This document shows positions 7,629-16,113 of a stretch of DNA of 53,239 nucleotides, in pieces. A model generated the notes under the pieces. That model had not been told where the DNA came from and did no database searches. It was given only the letters and a program-made list of their open reading frames with translations. Location: positions 1 through 53,239 of the forward strand of contig DASTAR010000024.1 in the NCBI GenBank assembly GCA_035712505.1, given 5' to 3'. The number at the start of each line of letters is the position of its first letter. Position 1 is the first letter of the stretch. Both the position numbers and the translations under genes were made by a program. Source of the stretch: Solirubrobacterales bacterium. Its GTDB lineage: Bacteria > Actinomycetota > Thermoleophilia > Solirubrobacterales > 70-9.

Positions 7629-9326
7629 TTGATGCTGACCCGCGCCCGCGCCATCGAGGAGATCGCCGGCAGGCACTTCGAGGTGGTGGTGATCGGCGGC
7701 GGCATCACCGGCGCCGGGGTCGCCCTCGACGCCGCCTCGCGCGGCTATTCGGTCGCCCTGCTGGAGCGCGGCGACTACGCGGTCGGCACCTCCAGCCGCT
7801 CCTCGAAGATGGTCCACGGGGGCCTGCGCTACCTGCAGAACTTCGACCTCGGCCTCGTCCGCGAGGCCCTCCTCGAGCGGCAGCTGATGGTCCGGCTGGC
7901 GCCGCACCTCGTCTACCCGACCCCGTTCCTCGTTCCCGCCCTCGGCGAGGAGCGCCGCGACCGCAAACTCGGCCTCGGGCTGAACATGTACGACGTGATG
8001 GCGACCACGCGCGCCGGCCGCAGCCGTCGCGACCGCCGCGCCGCCCGCGAGCGCGACGAGGAGGACGACAGCTACTGGTCGCCCGACCGCCACCGCACGA
8101 TCGACGGCGACGAGGTGCTCGACCTGGTGCCGGCGCTGGCGCCGCGCGAGCCGAAGGACGCCTACCTCTTCTACGACTGCCAGACCGACGACGTCCGCCT
8201 CGTCCTCACCGTCCTCGGCGAGGCGGAGCGCTTCGGCGCGGTGGCGCTGAACGGCGCCGAGGTGACCGAGGTCCTCTCGGCGAACGGCAAGGCGAGCGGC
8301 GTCGCCTTCGTCGAGGAGGAGTCGGGCGAGCGGATGGAGGTCGGCGCCGGCCACGTCGTCAACGCCACCGGCGTCTTCGCCGACGGGATCCGCCCCGAGG
8401 AGCTGCTCGGGGAGGAGGACGTGCCGCGGATCGCCCCCAGCCGCGGCACCCACCTGCTGATCGACGGGGCCGACCTGCCGATGGGCAAGGCCGCCTGCAT
8501 CGTCCCGGCAGGCGAGGGGCGGATGATCTTCTCTCTGCCCTGGTACGGGCGCACCCTCGTCGGCACCACCGACAACGACTTCGACGGCGACACCGCCCAC
8601 CCGCGACCGGCGGCGGACGACATCGTCTACCTGCTCGACGCCGTGAACGAGTTCTTCGGCACCTCGATCGCCGAGTCCGACCTGGTCGGCGCATACGCGG
8701 GGGTGCGGCCGCTGATCTCCACCGGCGACCCGCGCAAGTCGGTCGACATCTCCCGCAAAGCCGAGCTCTACGAGACCAGCTCGGGAATGCTGACGATCAC
8801 CGGCGGCAAGCTCACGACCTGGCGGCGGATGGCGAAGCAGACGGTCGACCGCCTGGTCGAGCGCGGCGGCCGCGAGGCGCCCTGCCACACCGACGAGATC
8901 CCGCTGGGGATGCCGGCGCGCCCTGGGGACCTGGAGGCACCCGGTGGGGTGGGGGACGAGGCGACCGAGCAGCTGGCCTTCCGCTACGGCCACGCGGCTC
9001 GCAAGGTGCTCGCGCTAGCCCGCGAGAACCCGAAGCTGGCACGGCCGATCGTTCCCGGCCGCCCCGACCTGCTGGCCGAGGTCGTGCTGGCGGCGCGGGC
9101 CGAGCAGGCGCGCAGCGTCGCCGACGTGCTGCTGCGGCGCACCCGCCTGGGAATCCTGGCGGCGCCGGAGCTGCGCTCGGCGAAGGCGGTGCGGCCGGTC
9201 GCCGACGTGCTCGGGGCGGAGCTCGGCTGGTCGCGCCGGCGCCGCTCACGCGAGGCCGAGGCCTGGCTCGAGGTCGCGGCGCGGGAGGGAGTCGACCCCG
9301 CCGCCTCGGCCGGCCGGGTCGGCTGA
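7629..9326 (+). CDS. glpD: FAD-dependent glycerol-3-phosphate dehydrogenase
   Basis: N-terminal dinucleotide fold VVVIGGGITGAGVALDAASRGYSVALLE, then SSRSSKMVHGGLRYL. Length and C-terminal domain fit GlpD. Start is TTG 7629 or ATG 7632. Confidence 0.85.
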   Translation: MMLTRARAIEEIAGRHFEVVVIGGGITGAGVALDAASRGYSVALLERGDYAVGTSSRSSKMVHGGLRYLQNFDLGLVREALLERQLMVRLAPHLVYPTPFLVPALGEERRDRKLGLGLNMYDVMATTRAGRSRRDRRAARERDEEDDSYWSPDRHRTIDGDEVLDLVPALAPREPKDAYLFYDCQTDDVRLVLTVLGEAERFGAVALNGAEVTEVLSANGKASGVAFVEEESGERMEVGAGHVVNATGVFADGIRPEELLGEEDVPRIAPSRGTHLLIDGADLPMGKAACIVPAGEGRMIFSLPWYGRTLVGTTDNDFDGDTAHPRPAADDIVYLLDAVNEFFGTSIAESDLVGAYAGVRPLISTGDPRKSVDISRKAELYETSSGMLTITGGKLTTWRRMAKQTVDRLVERGGREAPCHTDEIPLGMPARPGDLEAPGGVGDEATEQLAFRYGHAARKVLALARENPKLARPIVPGRPDLLAEVVLAARAEQARSVADVLLRRTRLGILAAPELRSAKAVRPVADVLGAELGWSRRRRSREAEAWLEVAAREGVDPAASAGRVG

Positions 9327-9363
9327 CGCGGTCGAGCCCCCCGGTCGAATAACCTGCCGCGCG

Positions 9364-10194
9364 ATGACCAAGACCGAGCTCGAGAAGAAGCACCTGTCGG
9401 ACCTGCACCTGCTGGCCTCCGAAGCCGGCATCGAGAAATACCGGCTGCTGACCAAGGGCGAGCTGGTCGACCGGCTCGCCGAGGGCGGCGCCGACGGCGG
9501 CGAAGAGCGGACGGAGGAGCGCTCCGAGCGCCAGGAGCGCCCGCGCCGCCGCCGGAGCGGCGGGACGCGGGCGCCGCGCGAACGCTCCGAGCGTGAGCCT
9601 CGCGAGCGCCCGGAGAAAGCGCCGGAGCGTGAACCCGCGCCGGAACCCGCTGCGAAGGAGGGGCCCTCGGCCCCTGTCGCGGCCGCCGCAGCCGCCGAGG
9701 CGCCTCGGCCGCGGCGCCGTCGCCGTCGCCGCTTCGGCCGCCGCAAGCAGGGCGTGACCCTGCAGACCCTGCTGCTGCCGCCCGAGGCGGGACGCCAGGC
9801 GCTCGTCTTCGCCGAGACCCGCGAGGGCTGCACCGCGCTGCTGCGCAGCGTCGCCGCCGATCTCTCCGCCGAATCGAAGGGCCCGGACCCAGTCGCCCTG
9901 CTGATCGATCCTACCCCGGAGGAACTGGCCGACTGGAAGCGGGAGGCCCCGCAGGCGGAGATCGTCTCCGCCGGACAGCCGCGCCACGCCAGCGACGCTT
10001 TGGCCCAAGCCGCCGCCCGCGCCGGAAAAGGCGAAGACGTGATCCTCCTCGTCGACTCCCTCACCCGCCTCGGCGCGGCCTACGGCGACGCCGAGGCCGC
10101 CAAGGAGTTCTTCGACGCCGGCCGCACCCAAGGCTCGGCCGGTGGGGGATCGCTCACGGTAGTAGCCGCCTTGGAGCGTCCTGAGTCCGACTGA
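9364..10194 (+). CDS. Rho-derived protein: Rho_N domain + Arg/Glu/Pro-rich linker + degenerate, truncated RecA-like domain
   Basis: N-terminus ELEKKHLSDLHLLASEAGIEKYRLLTKGELVDRL matches the Rho N-terminal helical domain. The C-terminal half aligns to the Rho ATPase core (LLIDPTPEE, ILLVDSLTRLGAAY, GGGSLTVVAAL). The Walker A position reads ETREGCT instead of PKAGKT. Confidence 0.65.
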   Translation: MTKTELEKKHLSDLHLLASEAGIEKYRLLTKGELVDRLAEGGADGGEERTEERSERQERPRRRRSGGTRAPRERSEREPRERPEKAPEREPAPEPAAKEGPSAPVAAAAAAEAPRPRRRRRRRFGRRKQGVTLQTLLLPPEAGRQALVFAETREGCTALLRSVAADLSAESKGPDPVALLIDPTPEELADWKREAPQAEIVSAGQPRHASDALAQAAARAGKGEDVILLVDSLTRLGAAYGDAEAAKEFFDAGRTQGSAGGGSLTVVAALERPESD

Positions 10195-10233
10195 CTCCGA
10201 ACTTCGCCTCGCAATAGCGAGGTCAACGTCGGA
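10195..10233. repeat. Family D nested hairpin, copy D1
   Basis: ctccga-acttcg-cctcgc-aata-gcgagg-tcaacg-tcgga. Fills the convergent gap between stops at 10194 and 10239. A related copy lies at 11611-11650. Confidence 0.7.
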
Positions 10234-10238
10234 CGGGC

Positions 10239-10706
10239 TCAGCGTCTATACGCGATTCGCCGCCAGCTCGGCTCTTTGCTGAGCTCGATCAGCTCGTCGC
10301 TGCGGTCCGGCTGGACGTAGCCGAAAGTCTGTGTGCGCTCGTCGAAGACGACGTCGAGCTCGCCCTCCTTGACCCGCTGGTCGAGCCAGGCGCCGCGGAA
10401 GACGAGGCGGCGGATCCAGTGGACGAGGCTGCGGTTCGAGGGGCCGACCAGCTCCTCCCAGTTCTCGTTGATGTGCTCGCCGAGGGCGGAGGAGGGCTCG
10501 GCGATCTCGCCGCTGACCGCGAGGTCGAGGAGATCGTCGAGCTCCTCGGCGCTGAGCCCCTGGTTGACGAAGCGCAGCTTCACGGCCGCCTGCTCGACGC
10601 GCTGGGCGAAATCCTCCTCGTTGAACGCGAAGCGGAGCTCGCCGTACTCCAGCACGTAGTCGGAGCCAGACTCGTAATTCCCTCTGCGGGTCGTTTTCTT
10701 GTCCAT
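10239..10706 (-). CDS. Hypothetical protein (155 aa), no family recognised
   Basis: Start taken at the internal ATG (MDKKTTRRGNYESGSDYVLEYGELRF...) of the 10239..11525 ORF. The upstream part of that ORF overlaps the + strand phosphatase gene. Confidence 0.5.
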   Translation of the reverse strand: MDKKTTRRGNYESGSDYVLEYGELRFAFNEEDFAQRVEQAAVKLRFVNQGLSAEELDDLLDLAVSGEIAEPSSALGEHINENWEELVGPSNRSLVHWIRRLVFRGAWLDQRVKEGELDVVFDERTQTFGYVQPDRSDELIELSKEPSWRRIAYRR

Positions 10707-10874
10707 GAGTTGAAGCCGTCCCACCCGCGCAAGCCCGGCGCGAGCAGGGCCATGATCTTGCCGATCATCGTAGAGGCGTGCCCGCTCGGGCCTCTGCCTG
10801 AACGCACGGTTGCACCTTGAAGGGTCCGTTGCACTTCTGGAGATGCCGTACGGGTAGTTAGCCTGCCGGGCGAG

Positions 10875-11606
10875 GTGATCGACCTGCACTGCCACATCCT
10901 CGACGCGATCGACGACGGCGCCCGTGACGCCGACGACAGCGTCGGGATGGCGCGCCAGGCCGAGGAGGACGGGATCGAAGCCGTCTGCGCGACGCCCCAC
11001 ATCCGCCACGACCACGACGTGCGGATCGAGGAGCTGGCCGGGCGGGTGCGGGGGCTGAACGCGCGCCTGGAGCAGGAGCTGATGGCGGTCCGGATCCTCC
11101 AGGGCGGCGAGGTCGCCGAGACCGCGGTCGAGGGGCTGGGCGAGGAGGAGCTGGCGCGGGTCGCGCTCGGAGGCGGCAACTGGATCCTGCTCGAGCCGGC
11201 GCCGGGCCCGCTCGGCGACAGCCTCCTGCGGCGGCTTGCGTACCTGCACGAGCGCGGCTACCGCGCCCTGATCGCCCATCCCGAGCGCCACCTCTCGGCA
11301 GACATGTTCGAGCGGATGGCGGCGCTGGTCGCAGAGGGGGCGCTGATCCAGGCGACCGCCGACTTCTTCCTCCGCGAGCAGATGGCGGCGGGGATGCTGG
11401 CGATGGCTGAGCGCGGCCTCGTCCACGTTCTCAGCAGCGACGCCCACAGCGTCCGGGCCGGGCGCCCGGTGCGGCTCTCGCCGGCGCTGGAGAAACTGCG
11501 CGAGGTGGAGCTCCTGGCGCCCCACCTCGAATGGATCGCCGAGGTCGCCCCGAGGGCGATCGTCGGGGGCGACCAGCTCGAACTGCCGTACGGGCCGCAG
11601 ATCTGA
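10875..11606 (+). CDS. PHP-family protein-tyrosine phosphatase (CpsB/YwqE-like)
   Basis: N-terminus MIDLHCHILDAIDDGA, with later His motifs (ATPHIRH, IAHPERH, SSDAHS) characteristic of CpsB-type metal-dependent phosphatases. GTG start. Confidence 0.8.
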   Translation: MIDLHCHILDAIDDGARDADDSVGMARQAEEDGIEAVCATPHIRHDHDVRIEELAGRVRGLNARLEQELMAVRILQGGEVAETAVEGLGEEELARVALGGGNWILLEPAPGPLGDSLLRRLAYLHERGYRALIAHPERHLSADMFERMAALVAEGALIQATADFFLREQMAAGMLAMAERGLVHVLSSDAHSVRAGRPVRLSPALEKLREVELLAPHLEWIAEVAPRAIVGGDQLELPYGPQI

Positions 11607-11610
11607 AGCA

Positions 11611-11650
11611 ACTCCGAGCTTGACCCCGCCATAGCGAGGCGAATCTCGGA
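11611..11650. repeat. Family D hairpin, copy D2
   Basis: actccgagcttgaccccgccatagcgaggcgaatctcgga shares actccgaRctt, atagcgagg and tcgga blocks with D1. Also lies in a convergent stop-to-stop gap (11606/11655). Confidence 0.6.
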
Positions 11651-11654
11651 AGGT

Positions 11655-12587
11655 CTAATCCAGCTCGCGAAGCTGGACCCGGTGGGCAAGGTCTTCGACC
11701 ACCCTCCGCGAGCCGGTGCCGAGACCGTGGCGGAGGAAGTTGGTGGCACCCGCGGCGGCGCTCAGCCGCAGCACGTCCTCCCACTCGCGACCGGCGGCGA
11801 TCGTCGCCGCCAGCGCTCCCATCATCGAGTCGCCGCAGCCCTCGCGGGCACCCCGCTCGAACTTCGGCGGGGTCAGCTCCAGGAACCTGCCGTCGCGCAG
11901 CGCCAGGGCGGGCTCGCCGGCGCGAGTGACGATCACGCTCTCGGCGCCGGCCTCGCGCACCCGCTCCATCGCCGCCCGCATCCGCTTCGCGGTGTCGACG
12001 GCGCCGGAGACGAAGCCCGCTATCTGCCAGTCGTTGATCTTCACCAGGTCCGGCCTGCCCTCCAGGGCGCTGTCGAGCCGGGGGGAGGAGAGGTCGACGA
12101 CCGCCGGCACCCCGTTCGCCTTCACGTCGGCGACGAGGCTGCCGTAGATCTCCAGCGGCACGGTGTTGTCAGGGTAGGGACCGCAGACGGCCAGAAGGTC
12201 GCAGTCGAGGGCGGCCGCGACGGCGACCGAGAACAGCTCGTCGACCTCGTGGCGCGAGGCCGGCAGCGCCGCGCTCTGGGAGAGCGGCCGCCGCTCGCCC
12301 TCGCGGCGGTCGTGGATGTAGGCCCCGCTGGCCTCGACCGTCTCGACCAGGCGGAGCTCGATCGGCAGCTCCTCCAGCAGCGGCCGCAGGACCGTGCCGA
12401 CCTCGCCGCCGATGAACCCGCAGAGGACCGGCTCGGCCCCCAGCTCGGCGGCCATCCGCGCCACCCAGACGCCCTGGCCTGCGGGGTGGATGTGGATGTC
12501 GTCGCCGCCTTCGGCGCTGAAGCTCTCGATCGCGATCGAGACCATCGGGTTGGGGCTGAAGATCGCGACGCGCGGCTTGCGGTCCAT
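11655..12587 (-). CDS. PfkB-family carbohydrate kinase (1-phosphofructokinase-like)
   Basis: PfkB signatures: an N-terminal GG motif region (HPAGQGVWVAR) and a C-terminal GCGDSMMGALA motif. 310 aa. Confidence 0.8.
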   Translation of the reverse strand: MDRKPRVAIFSPNPMVSIAIESFSAEGGDDIHIHPAGQGVWVARMAAELGAEPVLCGFIGGEVGTVLRPLLEELPIELRLVETVEASGAYIHDRREGERRPLSQSAALPASRHEVDELFSVAVAAALDCDLLAVCGPYPDNTVPLEIYGSLVADVKANGVPAVVDLSSPRLDSALEGRPDLVKINDWQIAGFVSGAVDTAKRMRAAMERVREAGAESVIVTRAGEPALALRDGRFLELTPPKFERGAREGCGDSMMGALAATIAAGREWEDVLRLSAAAGATNFLRHGLGTGSRRVVEDLAHRVQLRELD

Positions 12588-12638
12588 CGCCAGAGCCTAG
12601 ACGGGGGAGGAGTTGCCCCGCTCGAGCCTTAGGCAGGG

Positions 12639-12962
12639 GTGAGCTCGTCCGCCGACCCCGCGATCCCGACCCCCGACCTCTCCCGCTATCCCGCGGCCGA
12701 GACCTTTCGCTCGCGCCTCCTCGGCCTCGCCTGGCGTCGGCGCGCCCGGGCGGGGACCGGCCTGCTGATCCCGCGCTGCTCGAGCGTTCACACCTTCGGG
12801 ATGCGCTTCGCGATCGACGTCTACTTCCTCGATCGCGACGGCCACGTCCTCGCGACGAGGCGCGCAGTGCCGTCCCGGCGCATCCTCTGGCACCGCGGCG
12901 CTGCCGCAGTTTTGGAGATTCCGTCCGGGGAGGGGGGAGAGTTTGCCGCGCAGTCGCCTTAA
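12639..12962 (+). CDS. DUF192 domain protein
   Basis: Motif LLIPRCSSVHTFGMRFAIDVYFLDRDGHV...AVLEIP matches DUF192 (COG1430). Start codon uncertain (GTG 12639). Confidence 0.7.
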   Translation: MSSSADPAIPTPDLSRYPAAETFRSRLLGLAWRRRARAGTGLLIPRCSSVHTFGMRFAIDVYFLDRDGHVLATRRAVPSRRILWHRGAAAVLEIPSGEGGEFAAQSP

Positions 12963-12968
12963 CGACCC

Positions 12969-13682
12969 ATGCTGCCTGAAAGAGAAGACATCGCCAGTCT
13001 CGTCGTCTGCGAGGACGACGAGGTAACCCTCGACATGCTCTGCGACCACCTCTCGGCGGATCGCTTCGGCGTGATGCCGGCGCCCAGCGCCTCCGACGCG
13101 CTGCGCCTCTGCCGCTACAACCATCCCGACCTGCTCCTCCTCGACCTCAGCCTGCCCGACGCATCCGGCCTGGACGTCCTGCGCGAGATCCGCGAAGCCG
13201 ACGGGATCGGGGGGCGCTTCGACCCGCGGCTGCCCGTGGTCGTCCTCACCGGTCGCAGCAGCGACCACGACCGCGTCCGCGGCCTCGACTCGGGAGCCGA
13301 CGACTACGTCGTCAAGCCCTTCAGGTACGGGGAGCTTCGGGCGCGGATCAACGCCGTGCTCCGCCGCGGCGCCCATGCCAACGAAGGGCCGAGCCGGGTC
13401 GGGGAGCTGACCATCGATCCGGGACGCCGGCGGGTCATGGTCGGCGATCGCTTCGTGTCCCTGTCGCAGAAAGAGTTCGGGCTCTTGCGGATCCTCGCCT
13501 CCGACCCCACCCGCGTCTTCACGAAGGACGAGCTGCTGACGGCTGTCTGGGCCTATCGCGGCCCTTCGAAAACCCGAACCCTGGACTCACATGCCAGCCG
13601 GCTGCGGCGCAAACTCGACCCCGAGCACGGCCGCTTCGTGATCAACTGCTGGGGGATCGGATACCGCCTGATCGCGGGGTGA
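12969..13682 (+). CDS. OmpR/PhoB-family response regulator
   Basis: Receiver domain (VVCEDDE acidic pocket, LLLLDLSLPD phospho-Asp context, VVKPF) plus a winged-helix Trans_reg_C domain (LSQKEFGLLRIL...GIGYRL). Confidence 0.9.
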   Translation: MLPEREDIASLVVCEDDEVTLDMLCDHLSADRFGVMPAPSASDALRLCRYNHPDLLLLDLSLPDASGLDVLREIREADGIGGRFDPRLPVVVLTGRSSDHDRVRGLDSGADDYVVKPFRYGELRARINAVLRRGAHANEGPSRVGELTIDPGRRRVMVGDRFVSLSQKEFGLLRILASDPTRVFTKDELLTAVWAYRGPSKTRTLDSHASRLRRKLDPEHGRFVINCWGIGYRLIAG

Positions 13683-13720
13683 CCGAGCTGCGGTCGTTGA
13701 GGTGGCGCGAGGCAGGCAAA

Positions 13721-13751
13721 AGCCCCTGGCCGAGCTGCTCGACCAGGGGCT
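13721..13751. terminator. Bidirectional hairpin terminator between convergent genes
   Basis: agcccctgg (13721-13729) pairs with ccaggggct (13743-13751). An A-run lies upstream, which reads as a U-run for the minus-strand arsR-like gene. Confidence 0.55.
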
Positions 13752-13775
13752 CGAATGCGAAGGTCGCGCGGCCGG

Positions 13776-14378
13776 CTACTTCTTTTTCTTGCCGCCTTTG
13801 GCGCTCGGCACCTCGAAGTGCATGATGGCCAGCTTGGTCTGCAGGGCTTTGCCTTTGTCTTTGCCCATCCGTTTGCCGGCTTCCTTCTGAATCGCGGTTG
13901 CCTTGTCGACCGCTTCCGCGAGGACCTTGTTGAGGTCCTTCCAGCCCTGTTTGTCGAGCTGGAGGGGCGTGTCGGAGAGGTGGGAGTCGCTGCGGGCGTC
14001 GAGGGTGCCGGCGGCCATCGCCTCCGTGGCGCTCTGGCCGATCGACTCGAGGATCGACCCGGAGATGCCCTTGCGGGCCGAGGCCGGGATCTTCGCCCAG
14101 TCGGAATCGCTGAGGAAGGCGCGATCGGTGGCGCGGTAGAAGTGCTCGACCGCTCCACGGCGCGGCTCGGTTTTCACCAGTTCGACGCAGTCGTATTCGA
14201 GCAGCGTTTTCACGTGGTAGCTGACGTTGCCGAGCGGCTCGCCGAGCTCTTGGGCCAACTGGTTGGGGCTCGAGATCCCTTTGTGCAGGGAGCTGAGGAT
14301 GCGGACGCGCAGCGGGTGGGCGAGCGCCTTCGCCAGTTGCTGGGTGATGCCCTCTGGTGAAGTGCGGGACTGTGGCAA
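13776..14378 (-). CDS. ArsR-family winged-helix transcriptional regulator with extended C-terminal domain
   Basis: AKALAHPLRVRILSSLHKGISSPNQLAQELGEPLGNVSYHVKTL is a canonical ArsR HTH. Lys-rich C-terminal tail. Confidence 0.85.
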   Translation of the reverse strand: MPQSRTSPEGITQQLAKALAHPLRVRILSSLHKGISSPNQLAQELGEPLGNVSYHVKTLLEYDCVELVKTEPRRGAVEHFYRATDRAFLSDSDWAKIPASARKGISGSILESIGQSATEAMAAGTLDARSDSHLSDTPLQLDKQGWKDLNKVLAEAVDKATAIQKEAGKRMGKDKGKALQTKLAIMHFEVPSAKGGKKKK

Positions 14379-14550
14379 GGAGGACCTCCTGGGGTTGGGG
14401 TCTCAGACGCTGATCAGGGGTGGCATAAGGACGTCCGAGTTACTAGACAAGTATTCCAAAACGCATGGAGGGTAACCGCGCCCGCGAAAAGATATGCACT
14501 AAAAAAGAGCAACCAATGTAACTACCTCCAGTTTTCTCACTTCTGTGAGT

Positions 14551-14579
14551 TTGGGAACTGAACTGTTATGAATTAGGGT
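14551..14579 (+). promoter_or_regulatory. Candidate promoter (TTGGGA-N17-TAGGGT)
   Basis: ttggga at 14551-14556, a 17-nt spacer, then tagggt at 14574-14579 (TANNNT class). In the AT-rich divergent region between the arsR-like gene and the kinase gene. Confidence 0.4.
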
Positions 14580-14589
14580 CTACTCTGTC

Positions 14590-14650
14590 GCACCCGTCCC
14601 GTCGTGGCGCCTGGCCGAGACCGCTTCGAGGGGCGGGTGCTTCTTTTTTC
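14590..14650 (+). terminator. Orphan intrinsic terminator-like hairpin with U-run
   Basis: gcacccgtccc (14590-14600) pairs with ggggcgggtgc (14630-14640), 11 bp including one G-U pair, followed by ttcttttttc (14641-14650). No + strand gene ends upstream of it. Confidence 0.6.
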
Positions 14651-14755
14651 CGCTCGGTCCGCGGTTCGTGTGGCGGGAATTGCTGATGCGGGGGGAGAAG
14701 GCCGACCGGCTCGCGCCTTACCGCTTTGATGCAAACGGAAAGCGGGGTGTAAGCG

Positions 14756-15463
14756 ATGGCCGTGGAGTTGGCGCAGGTCGCAGCCGGTTTACCGGTAGCG
14801 GCTTCTTTCGCTTTGGCAGGCGGGATAACGAGCTTCCGCGAGGGCCGCCGCCGGGCAGCGCTGAACGAGGCGATGCACGAGCTGCGCCGCCCCCTGCAGA
14901 TCCTCACCCTTGCTTTGCCCGACCGGCCGTACGAGGTTGCGCGGGTCGAATCCTCACTCGAATTGGCAACGGTGGCGCTGGAGCGTCTCGACCGCGAGAT
15001 CAACGGCGGCACCTTGGAGAAAAACGTGACCGAACTTTCGGTCGACGAACTGGTTGACGAAGCGGTGCAGAGGTGGAAAATCCCAGCGGCTGACAGTGGG
15101 AGCATCCTGCGGAGGGAGTGGAACGGGCCTGAGACCTTCGTCCAGGGCGACCGTTTCGAGCTGGCCCAAGCACTGGACAACCTGCTTAGCAACGCAATCG
15201 AGCACGGGGCCGGAGAGGTGAGGATCGGATGGCGTCGTGAGGGCGATCAGGTCTGCATCTCGATCACGAACGGCGACCCTCGGATGCTTGCGAAGGCCGG
15301 TCGGAGGCAACGCCGCGGTAGCCGGTGCCGCCGAGGCCATGGGCTGCGCGTGGTGGAGCGAGTTGCCGGTGGGCACGGCGGCATATTCAGCCTGCGGCCG
15401 GTCCGAAGCGGGGTCCAGGCGAGCCTGCGGCTGCCGCTCGGGCGACGGGTGGGCGCGGGATGA
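14756..15463 (+). CDS. Small histidine kinase (one TM, HisKA + HATPase_c, no sensor domain)
   Basis: H-box [10 protein letters not shown]-box [13 protein letters not shown]-box GHGLRVV. Its stop overlaps the next start (ATGA). Confidence 0.8.
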   Translation: MAVELAQVAAGLPVAASFALAGGITSFREGRRRAALNEAMHELRRPLQILTLALPDRPYEVARVESSLELATVALERLDREINGGTLEKNVTELSVDELVDEAVQRWKIPAADSGSILRREWNGPETFVQGDRFELAQALDNLLSNAIEHGAGEVRIGWRREGDQVCISITNGDPRMLAKAGRRQRRGSRCRRGHGLRVVERVAGGHGGIFSLRPVRSGVQASLRLPLGRRVGAG

Positions 15464-16113
15464 GCCGACGCGTCCGCGCCTTCGGGTTTCTCCTCGCGGC
15501 GATGTTCGCGGCGGCCGCTGCTGCCGCGATCGCCAACGGCTACGGCGACAGGGTGGTGAGCGGATATGGGGAGCTGCGCCCCGTCCTCGTCGCGAGCTCG
15601 GGCCTTCCGGCGGGCAAAGCGATCGACCCTGAGGTCGCGGGCGGGGACCTGGAGGTACGTCGCGTGCCGATCCGGTTCGTCCCACCCGGTGCGCTGTCTG
15701 CTCCGGCCGAAGCGGTCGGCCTGGCCCCTGCGGCACCGGTGCCCGCCGGGTCCTATCTGCTCGCGGCGCAGCTTCGTCCACCGCGGGCTGAGGCCCCGCT
15801 GGGCGCCTTGGGAGGTGGGCGCCGGCCGGTTGAGATCGCGGTCGGCGGAGCAGGCGCCCTCGAGGCGCTGGGCGGCCCGCCGCTCGGCTCGAAGGTCGAC
15901 GTGGTGGTGACCACCGAACCGAGCGCGGCCGGCGACGGACGCACCTATGTAGCTGCGCCCGGCGTCCCGCTCCTGGGCCTCGGGCCGGGTGGCGAAGGGG
16001 TCGAGGGAGAAACCGCCACGGCCACGCTCGGCCTAACCCGTCCACAGGCCCTGCGCCTGATCGAGGCCGAGAGCTTCGCCCGCCGCGTGACCGTGATCCC
16101 CCGCGGGCGATGA
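15460..16113 (+). CDS. cpaB: Flp pilus assembly protein CpaB-like (SAF domain)
   Basis: N-terminal TM helix ([17 protein letters not shown]). SAF-like segment ([11 protein letters not shown]...[14 protein letters not shown]...[13 protein letters not shown]). Sits immediately before cpaF. Confidence 0.7.
   Translation: MSRRVRAFGFLLAAMFAAAAAAAIANGYGDRVVSGYGELRPVLVASSGLPAGKAIDPEVAGGDLEVRRVPIRFVPPGALSAPAEAVGLAPAAPVPAGSYLLAAQLRPPRAEAPLGALGGGRRPVEIAVGGAGALEALGGPPLGSKVDVVVTTEPSAAGDGRTYVAAPGVPLLGLGPGGEGVEGETATATLGLTRPQALRLIEAESFARRVTVIPRGR

Noticed and set aside
14379-14755. Flp-type pilin gene in the spacers flanking the tad genes (also 18757..19042).
   Set aside because: Reading all frames by eye gave only very short ORFs of 8-24 codons. 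None has a Flp leader, G/XXXXEY processing site or hydrophobic core.
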